DNA of 28,795 nucleotides from an uncultured Gammaproteobacteria bacterium (lineage in GTDB: Bacteria; Pseudomonadota; Gammaproteobacteria; UBA9214): positions 1-28,795 of the forward strand of contig CAWHCQ010000026.1 of NCBI GenBank assembly GCA_963827755.1, given 5' to 3'. Position 1 is the stretch's first letter. The number at the start of each line of letters is the position of its first letter. The notes beneath the pieces were generated by a model. That model was not told the DNA's origin, did no database searches, and saw only the letters and a list, made by a program, of their open reading frames with translations. A program made the position numbers and the translations under genes. Shown here in pieces: positions 1-6,293 of the stretch.

Positions 1-1
1 A

Positions 2-764
2 TCAGTCTTCATCGCCACCGACTACGCAAATCTCAATCTCGGCAATGCCGTTGAGTTCATCCGGTGGTCTCGATCGTATGTCGGCAACATCCTGCGCAAG
101 CACCAACGTGAGATTGCCTTCTTGATAGCGCCTGACCAAGGCTTGCAGATAACCGAGCGGTGAGGTGTCGATAAACTCGGCAGCCATGCAGCCGGCCCAT
201 TCGTCGATCACAATCTGTGCCTCGACAGGACTGAGTCTGGCGACTTTTTCCAGGGCCGCCTCTCTGAGCTCATCCGGAACCCAGGTGGCGAATTCTGGAG
301 TGCCGATATCATTTTCACTACTACTACACTCTTTGGTAGTAGTCGGTGTTGTAGTAGTAGTTCTTTTTAGGTTTACATCAGTAGTAGGTAATGCTCCCGG
401 GCTTGACCGGATACGGTTCAGCCGTGTCCGGCTCAACCGTATACGGCAATTCCGGATGCGGTGAATCAGCAATCTCCCGGACAAAATACGTGCCGCCACG
501 GATGCGCCCGTGCCGGTCACGTTTACGCACGAATCGCACATAGCCGGCATCGCGGAGTTCCCGGAGCAGGCTGTAGATACCGTCGCGTCCCAGGTCGCCG
601 CGCTTGCGCAGGTCGTTGATCAGCACTATCCAGTCATCCGGCCGGGACAGCAGGTAGCCGAGTAGCCCCCTGGCCGCCCAGGACAGGCGGGCATCCTCGA
701 TGGCACGCTGGTCGATGATGACAAAGCGGTCGCGGCGAGTGGCACGAATGATGGTCTTGATCAT
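2..764 (-). CDS. Replication initiator-like protein (N-terminal winged helix), split by one +1 frameshift at about 396-401
   Basis: ORF 378-764 (RLSWAARGLLGYLLSRPDDW...LRELRDAGY) resembles phage Rep/HTH N-termini. Removing one base in CCCGGG joins it to ORF 2-550 (PGALPTT...TTTTT...VIDEWAG...PLGYLQALV). That C-terminus recalls ICE replication proteins of the STY4528 type (from memory). Confidence 0.7.
407..461. repeat. Four palindromic CCG-N4-CGG iterons at exact 15-bp period (putative origin inside the rep gene)
   Basis: ccggatacgg 407, ccgtgtccgg 422, ccgtatacgg 437, ccggatgcgg 452. An AT-rich, TAG-repeat tract lies next to them at about 335-390. Confidence 0.7.
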
Positions 765-1012
765 GCCTCACCGGTACCGATGATGATCCTGGCTATCTCC
801 GAGGCCGGGTAATACACACGCCGTCCGATCTTGCGGCCGCAGGCCTTGAGTGCGCGCGTGCTCAGGTCACTCGGGTAACTGAGGCTGTAGCGCAAGCCAC
901 CGGTGGTACGACCGAGCAGTTCGGCCAGTTGCGTCTGCGACAACAGCAGACCGAAACGTTCAGTCAATTGGTTTTCCAGCGTTACCACGCTGGTGTTGAT
1001 TTGCTCTTGCAT
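761..1012 (-). CDS. Small HTH DNA-binding protein (AlpA/HTH_17/PrtN-like)
   Basis: MQEQINT...LLSQTQLAELLGRTTGGLRYSL...KIGRRVYYP. AAGGAG RBS at 1023-1028. Stop overlaps the rep start (ATGA). Confidence 0.75.
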   Translation of the reverse strand: MQEQINTSVVTLENQLTERFGLLLSQTQLAELLGRTTGGLRYSLSYPSDLSTRALKACGRKIGRRVYYPASEIARIIIGTGEA

Positions 1013-1137
1013 AGTCCGTGTTCTCCTTGTGTTTGACATGGAGACACGAGATTGCACAACGCATCACACATTTTCCAGAACAAAATGTTTAGCAGTACGC
1101 GAAGTTAATCGGCGGCATTTTTTTACTAAATAGCCTC

Positions 1138-1216
1138 GTCATTACGCTGCAATCTTTTTCATTCATGTTCAATTGCTTTTTGAAGATTGCTTCGTCACTG
1201 CGCTCCTCGCAATGAC
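1138..1216. repeat. Degenerate palindromic interspersed repeat (GTCATTGCGAG...GCAATCT / AGATTGCTTCGTC...CTCGCAATGAC type)
   Basis: Right arm agattgcttcgtcactgcgctcctcgcaatgac (1184-1216) is intact. Left arm gtcattacgctgcaatct (1138-1155) is shortened. Confidence 0.6.
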
Positions 1217-1504
1217 TGGATACGTTATTACTTCACAGCTAAAAACAGGCAAAAAACACTACCGTTTTGCTAAACATTTATCCTTTGATTTATCGATTTG
1301 TCCGGTGTTAGTGTCAGTGACATGCACGTGATGATGCAATCTGTGTTCTCCAGTGGTTACTTGTGAACACATCAGCTTGCCATCACGCGTGTACGGAATC
1401 ACGTTCGAAAGATCGACTCAAAAGGCGATCTTTCGAACGTGATTCCGAACCGACTCGTAGCTATGATCAACCGCTGGTTAACACTCGATGCAATACAACC
1501 GCTC

Positions 1505-1903
1505 ATGAAACAACCCGGCCCTATCACTCCAAGACTGATCCGCTTCCGGGACGCGCCCTTCTATCTGGGCATGGACCGAAACCGCTTTAACGCCGAGGTA
1601 CGGCCGTATCTCGTTGAAATTCGCATCGGACAACAAGGTATTGCCTTTGATCGCCTTGATCTGGATGCCTGGGTAGACCACTATAAGTCCCGCAACGGGC
1701 GTTCCGGTCAACTCAGAGGAGAATTGACATGGGACGCAAAAGAACAGCCGGACTCTGCGAGCGCAACGGAGTCTGGCACATCGACAAACAGATCAGAGGC
1801 ATCCGCATTTGCGAAAGCACTGGAGAAAGCAGCCTCGCAAAGGCGGAAGAATACCTCGCCAAGAAAACGGAGGAAGTCAGGCAAGCGGTCGTCTACGGTG
1901 TAA
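1505..1903 (+). CDS. Excisionase-like (Xis/RDF) DNA-binding protein
   Basis: PRLIRFRDAPFYLGMDRNRFNAEVRP...FDRLDLDAWVD looks like a winged-helix Xis. It lies directly upstream of, and overlaps, the integrase. Start at ATG 1505 is uncertain. Confidence 0.7.
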   Translation: MKQPGPITPRLIRFRDAPFYLGMDRNRFNAEVRPYLVEIRIGQQGIAFDRLDLDAWVDHYKSRNGRSGQLRGELTWDAKEQPDSASATESGTSTNRSEASAFAKALEKAASQRRKNTSPRKRRKSGKRSSTV

Positions 1904-2832
1904 GGCCGAAACGCGCATTTCGGCGGGCCGCAACCCGGTACCTGAATGAGAACCAGCAGAAACGCCGCATCGCCGATACTGCGTTGCATCTGAAACAACT
2001 GGACCCCTGGATCGGCCACCTGCCGATCGAATCGGTCCACATCGGGACATTGCAGCCCTTTATCGAGGCACGGCGCAAGCAGGGGATCAAGACCAAGAGC
2101 ATCAACCTCGCCCTGGGCGTGGTACGGCACATTCTTAATCTCGCGGCATCGGAATGGCTGGATAAGAACAACCTCACCTGGTTGCACTCTCCACCCAAGA
2201 TCAAGTTGCTGCCGGTGACAGACGCACGCAAGCCCTGGCCCTTATCCTGGGAAGAGCAGGCGCGGCTGTTTAAGGAACTGCCGCCACATCTGGCGCGGAT
2301 GGCGCTGTTCAAGGTCAATACGGGTACGCGGCAAAAGGAAGTGTGTTACCTGCGTTGGGAATGGGAAGTACCCGTTCCCGAGCTGGGGACCAGCGTCTTC
2401 ATCATCCCGGAGGATCGGGTTAAAAACGGTGAAGAACGATTGCTGGTACTCAACCGGGTTGCAATGTCAGTCATCGAGGACGTCCGGGGTGAACATCCTG
2501 AATTTGTGTTCACCTGGCGCGGCCATCCGATCACGGTCATGAACAACTCGGGCTGGCGAAGCGCACGCAAGCGGGCTGATCTTTCGCAGGTACGTGTCCA
2601 CGACCTCAAGCACACATTCGGTCGTCGTTTACGGGCAGCCGGGGTGAGTTACGAGGACAGGCAGGACTTGCTGGGACACAAGTCGGGCAGGATCACCACA
2701 CACTACTCGGCGGCCGAACTGGAGAACCTGATTGAGGCGGCCAACCGGGTGTGCGGGGAAAACTCCCGCAAAAGTCCCGCACTGGTGTTGTTGAAGCAAA
2801 AGGCGGCTACCGCTGAAACGGTATCCGCTTGA
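1729..2832 (+). CDS. int: Tyrosine recombinase / phage-type integrase
   Basis: Motifs NTGTR, KNG, HDLKHTF, LLGH and THY. AGGAG RBS upstream. Adjacent to a tRNA 3' end. Confidence 0.95.
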   Translation: MGRKRTAGLCERNGVWHIDKQIRGIRICESTGESSLAKAEEYLAKKTEEVRQAVVYGVRPKRAFRRAATRYLNENQQKRRIADTALHLKQLDPWIGHLPIESVHIGTLQPFIEARRKQGIKTKSINLALGVVRHILNLAASEWLDKNNLTWLHSPPKIKLLPVTDARKPWPLSWEEQARLFKELPPHLARMALFKVNTGTRQKEVCYLRWEWEVPVPELGTSVFIIPEDRVKNGEERLLVLNRVAMSVIEDVRGEHPEFVFTWRGHPITVMNNSGWRSARKRADLSQVRVHDLKHTFGRRLRAAGVSYEDRQDLLGHKSGRITTHYSAAELENLIEAANRVCGENSRKSPALVLLKQKAATAETVSA

Positions 2833-2847
2833 TGTAGAAGTGAAAAA

Positions 2848-2924
2848 TGGCGCGCCCGGAAAGATTCGAACTTCCGACCGCCTGGTTCGTAGCCAGGTAC
2901 TCTATCCAGCTGAGCTACGGGCGC
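2848..2924 (-). tRNA. tRNA-Arg (anticodon ACG)
   Basis: Reverse complement GCGCCCGTAGCTCAGCTGGATAGAGTACCTGGCTACGAACCAGGCGGTCGGAAGTTCGAATCTTTCCGGGCGCGCCA: 77 nt, full cloverleaf, encoded CCA. Confidence 0.98.
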
Positions 2925-2942
2925 TTATTGAGTGGATTGGGG

Positions 2943-2970
2943 ATTATACAGAAATCAGCTTGCGTGTCAT
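2943..2970 (-). promoter_or_regulatory. Putative sigma70 promoter of tRNA-Arg
   Basis: Minus strand ATGACA-16 bp-TATAAT, about 20 bp upstream of the tRNA 5' end. Confidence 0.65.
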
Positions 2971-3111
2971 TGGATATGGCGCTGGTTGCGGTCTGCTGCG
3001 AACCTGTGTCCGGTGATCTCCCTGATTCAGGGAAATTTACAGGGAGTTCACGAGAATTTCGGCACCCCGGGGGCAGACACACGTCATTGCCCGGTACCGC
3101 CACCGTGGCGA

Positions 3112-4200
3112 CTATTTGCCTGAACCGGCAATCCAGTCAAGACCAAGCGGATTATGCGGGTCCACCCCCTCCATGTAGGGCAGGTTCCGCTGTTCGTGGG
3201 TCAACTGGTAGACCAGCCCGATCCAGTTGCCGACGATAGCTTCGGCTGTGTCGTGCCAGGTGTTGTCGAGGTGTTCGGCAACCAGCTGCTCCGGGAATTC
3301 GGGAGCCGGGTCACCCGCTGACCGCGCCGCGGCCAGGCGCGTGTGATACTCGTCGAGGATGGCCTGTTCGCGCGGCTTGAAGTGGTGTTCCGGAAACGCT
3401 GGATAATTGCTGCGTTCGCCGCCGGCAAAACGCTGCACTTCGCGCTTGTACTCCTTGAGCAGGGACACGGTGTCATACTCCGGGTGTCCCTGGAAATAGA
3501 CGACGCGGAAACCATCCGGACTGACGGCGAGGTGCACGCCTGCCTCCCCACTCTCGACCAGCACGTGCAGGCCGGCCTCCCGGAACTGTCCGGCACTGAT
3601 GTTGTTGAAGCGCGAATGCGGCACGTCGAACTGCGTATTGACGTCGTTGACCAGCGGGTGGTCTGTGCGAATCACCCGGTGCGGGTACACGCCCCAGCGT
3701 TTGGCTGGCAGCGCGGTGCGCTTCTGGCCGTGCTGGAACTGCATCGCCGCGTGAGTGGCGAGGCAGGAACACAGCACAGAGGTCACGTTCTGCTGTGCCC
3801 AGTCGAGCACCGCGCGCAACGGTTCCCAGAAGGTCTCCTGTGACAGGTCGGGATGGGAAACATTGGCCCCGGTAATGATCAGCGCATCCAGCCCTTCGCT
3901 GCAGATCTGCTCGAACGAGTCGTAGTAACGCTCGATGTGCGCTCTCGCCTGTTTTCCGCGCGGCAACTCGGCGAGCGTGAACGGGTGCATGTAGAACTGG
4001 GCGATGGGATTGCTCTCCCCGACGAGGCGAAAAAACTGGCGCTCGGTCGCGGCCAGTGCCGCATCCGGCATCATGTTCAGCACACCGATGTGCAACTCGC
4101 GAATGGTCTGCTGCCGGGCCCGACCCGGTTTCAGGATAGTCTGGCCTTCCAGGCGCAGGCGCTGGAAGGTCGGCAGATCGTTGTGGGCGACAATCGGCAT
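3112..4200 (-). CDS. metA: Homoserine O-acyltransferase, MetA family (probably succinyltransferase)
   Basis: Motifs LNMMP, TERQF, DALIITGA, catalytic C in CSCLA, PHSR and GHPEYD. The specificity position after TGA is Ser, not the acetyl-type Glu. Confidence 0.92.
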   Translation of the reverse strand: MPIVAHNDLPTFQRLRLEGQTILKPGRARQQTIRELHIGVLNMMPDAALAATERQFFRLVGESNPIAQFYMHPFTLAELPRGKQARAHIERYYDSFEQICSEGLDALIITGANVSHPDLSQETFWEPLRAVLDWAQQNVTSVLCSCLATHAAMQFQHGQKRTALPAKRWGVYPHRVIRTDHPLVNDVNTQFDVPHSRFNNISAGQFREAGLHVLVESGEAGVHLAVSPDGFRVVYFQGHPEYDTVSLLKEYKREVQRFAGGERSNYPAFPEHHFKPREQAILDEYHTRLAAARSAGDPAPEFPEQLVAEHLDNTWHDTAEAIVGNWIGLVYQLTHEQRNLPYMEGVDPHNPLGLDWIAGSGK

Positions 4201-4205
4201 GCCTG

Positions 4206-5069
4206 CTATCCCCGCGGTTCGTCCGCCTTGCGGGCGATGGCGTTTTCCAGCAGGTCGTGGAAGTCCTGCTCGTCGCGTACTGCCGCGACTTCGTGCGAGG
4301 TCACTGTATAGCCGTAAGGACCGGCAATGGCCTCGTAACGCGGCACGCGCGAATGGAACAGTCGCGGGAACACCCAGCTGCAGAAATCATCCGGGTCAAC
4401 CTGTGCCGCGTATTCAAGTCCACGCAGTTCGAGGTACTGCTGCAGGTGTTCGGCGAGAAACTCGGGGCGGTAATACAGCGGCTTGGGACTGCTCTGGGCG
4501 CGGCTGATCAGGGCCTCCTCCTCGGCCTTCTCGGTGACCCGGATGTACAGGATCAGCGAGTGCTTCACCAACAGGTCGATCACGGACGGCTCGTCGAGTT
4601 CACACAGGCTGCCGCCGACATCGTTGACGAAATTGTCGTAACCGTAAATCTCGTGTGCCTTGCGAATAAACAAGGGCACATCCCGCATGGCCGCGATCTC
4701 CGCCTCGCGGTAAAGCGCCTGGCGCCGTGAAAACTCTTCCAGCGGAACACCATCGAGTTCAGGATTGCCGAGTTTGCCGACAAAACTCAGCACCGGCCCC
4801 AGGTCATGCACCTTGATGTTGTTGCGAATATTGATCCAGTCACGACGCAGCAGCTCGCGCAGGAACGGTGTCTGCATCGCCTGCTGCTTGATCAGGTCCA
4901 TGATCGGCTCGTCCAGGTAGCGGGTACCGATACGGTAGTCACCCGAGTAGTGGAACCAGTTGTGCTTGCGCAGCAGCATCGACAGGTGGGTCTTGCCCAC
5001 CCCCGACATCCCCAGCAGGGTAACGCTCTTGTTCTTCCAGGTATGAAACCCGTCAACGGTGAACTGCAT
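4206..5069 (-). CDS. Uncharacterised P-loop NTPase/kinase, co-operonic with metA
   Basis: Walker A GMSGVGKT near the N-terminus and a hhhD motif (FVND). The stop is 5 bp from the metA start. GGAG RBS. Confidence 0.85.
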   Translation of the reverse strand: MQFTVDGFHTWKNKSVTLLGMSGVGKTHLSMLLRKHNWFHYSGDYRIGTRYLDEPIMDLIKQQAMQTPFLRELLRRDWINIRNNIKVHDLGPVLSFVGKLGNPELDGVPLEEFSRRQALYREAEIAAMRDVPLFIRKAHEIYGYDNFVNDVGGSLCELDEPSVIDLLVKHSLILYIRVTEKAEEEALISRAQSSPKPLYYRPEFLAEHLQQYLELRGLEYAAQVDPDDFCSWVFPRLFHSRVPRYEAIAGPYGYTVTSHEVAAVRDEQDFHDLLENAIARKADEPRG

Positions 5070-5111
5070 GCATCAAACTCCGCTGTAAATAACCGCAATC
5101 AATAAAAGTGG

Positions 5112-5140
5112 AGTTTAACCGAAATGCCGTAGTACGTCAG
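5112..5140 (-). promoter_or_regulatory. Putative sigma70 promoter of the NTPase-metA operon
   Basis: Minus strand CTGACG-17 bp-TAAACT. Confidence 0.5.
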
Positions 5141-5209
5141 AGATCGACTTGCATGCATCTCTGCAAACCGTCGTAAATCAGCAGGGAGGAAATAAAAGAC
5201 CGGACTGTA

Positions 5210-5548
5210 TGGCGGAGAGAGAGGGATTATTCGGGCCGTTGGCCCTCACCCCTTCGGGGCCGCCGGCATAGCCGGCGTTCTGCGCGACTTCCAGTCGCTT
5301 GTCGAACCGCTTAATTGGTATATCGAGGGCTCAAATCCCGGCTGGCATTGGTGAAAAAAAAGGCCCCTCAAGGGGCCTTTTTTATCTGGCGGAGAGAGAG
5401 GGATTATTCGGGCCGTTGGCCCTCACCCCTTCGGGGCCGCCGGCATAGCCGGCGTTCTGCGCGACTTCCAGTCGCTTGTCGAACCGCTTGATTGGTATAT
5501 CGAGGGCTCAAATCCCGGCTGGCATTGGTGAAAAAAAAAGGCCCCTCA
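5210..5548 (-). repeat. Two tandem 177-bp tRNA-Ser-linked repeat units (RtT-like)
   Basis: Units start at 5210 and 5387 and are nearly identical (one substitution, A-run 8 vs 9). Each carries the 19 3'-terminal nt of tRNA-Ser including CCA, four GC hairpins and a terminator hairpin (broken in unit 2). Confidence 0.9.
5354..5383. terminator. Bidirectional intrinsic terminator within repeat unit 1
   Basis: A8-ggcccc-tcaa-ggggcc-T6. Confidence 0.85.
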
Positions 5549-5658
5549 TGGGGACCTTAATTCCCATACTCCCTTAGCAGGGGAGCGGCTTCAGCCCTCG
5601 GCAGACTGACTCCTACTTGCTTACCCGGGCAGCGCCTGCAGCCGTCGGCCACCTCTCC
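5548..5658 (-). pseudogene. tRNA-Ser(GCT), garbled as assembled: T-arm and 3' acceptor strand missing, D-arm region duplicated imperfectly
   Basis: Anticodon arm CTCCC-CTGCTAA-GGGAG at 5569-5585, variable arm atggg/cccat at 5548-5567, 5' end GGAGAGGTGGCCGA from 5658. Canonical position downstream of csrA. Confidence 0.75.
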
Positions 5659-5747
5659 GGGAAACACATTTTAACTGTTTTACTGCCTGGCCTCATTAAT
5701 TAGTGGTCGCAATGAGCCACATCTTTTTCCCCCTTACGTCCAGGTTG

Positions 5748-5771
5748 ATCGCGGATGATATCCGCTCCCAC
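5748..5771 (-). repeat. GTAG/GTGG-type REP singlet
   Basis: Reverse complement GTGGGAGCGGATATCATCCGCGAT matches 10398-10421 GTAGGAGCGGATCTCATCCGCGAT at 22 of 24 positions. Confidence 0.75.
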
Positions 5772-5815
5772 AGGCGCGCGGGCCGGACTCTGTAAGGGGC
5801 AAAAACGAAACATTA

Positions 5816-5859
5816 CACACAGGTATGCTACGCCACAAGGGGCGTAGCATACCTGTGTG
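5816..5859. terminator. Perfect 19-bp inverted repeat downstream of csrA (possible terminator)
   Basis: cacacaggtatgctacgcc-acaagg-ggcgtagcatacctgtgtg, with a U-rich tail on the minus strand. Confidence 0.6.
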
Positions 5860-5874
5860 ATTTTACGAGGTAAA
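5846..5874 (-). promoter_or_regulatory. Putative stable-RNA promoter for tRNA-Ser
   Basis: Minus strand TTTACC-17 bp-TATGCT followed by the GC-rich discriminator ACGCCCC. Confidence 0.6.
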
Positions 5875-5903
5875 GTTTGGCGCTTTAAAAAGCATCGGGC
5901 GAG

Positions 5904-6092
5904 TCAATTGGTACCGTCTTTATCGTGCTGCTCATGCTTGATGCGTTCGTATATCTCTTCCCGGTGGACGGCGACATCCCGGGGAGCATTGACACCTATC
6001 CTGACCTGATTACCTTTGACACCCAGCACAGTGACAGTCACTTCATCACCGACCATGAGCGTCTCCCCCACTCTTCTTGTAAGAATCAACAT
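5904..6092 (-). CDS. csrA: Carbon storage regulator CsrA/RsmA
   Basis: [37 protein letters not shown]...VHREEIY. Confidence 0.99.
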   Translation of the reverse strand: MLILTRRVGETLMVGDEVTVTVLGVKGNQVRIGVNAPRDVAVHREEIYERIKHEQHDKDGTN

Positions 6093-6293
6093 CGGTCCAT
6101 CTCCTTGTTATCACGTGGTTCCTACCCAATGTTTGTTGTTATATTCAGCAGATGCCGTACCTGCTACCTGAACCCGGCGCTCTTTTTCCCCTGGCACCTC
6201 TTGTACTTCAAGAATATATATAAAGTGTAATCGGGGCAAGTTTCTGCAAATAACCTGAATACCGGGACTAAATACAGGCAATTATTGATTACT

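Larger units (their letters stand above)
1..2847. mobile_element. Right arm of an integrative element (IME, phage satellite or prophage-like) integrated at the 3' end of tRNA-Arg(ACG); continues left beyond the window
   Basis: The tyrosine integrase stops 15 bp from the tRNA CCA end. It is preceded by Xis-like, HTH and Rep-like genes. The second att copy is not in the window. Confidence 0.85.

Noticed and set aside
2847-3239. 130-aa ORF MARPERFELPT...
   Set aside because: It is an antisense translation of the tRNA-Arg gene, a common spurious call.
5075-5116. RBS-sequestering hairpin or riboswitch for the NTPase-metA operon (aaactcc/ggagttt)
   Set aside because: One arm overlaps the predicted -10 and would not be transcribed. 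No SAM riboswitch motifs are recognisable.
5229-5301. Self-splicing intron in a tRNA T-loop
   Set aside because: Far too short for a group I or II intron, and the units lack an upstream tRNA body.
5210-5548. CRISPR array
   Set aside because: The units are 177 bp and near-identical throughout, with no unique spacers and no cas genes nearby.
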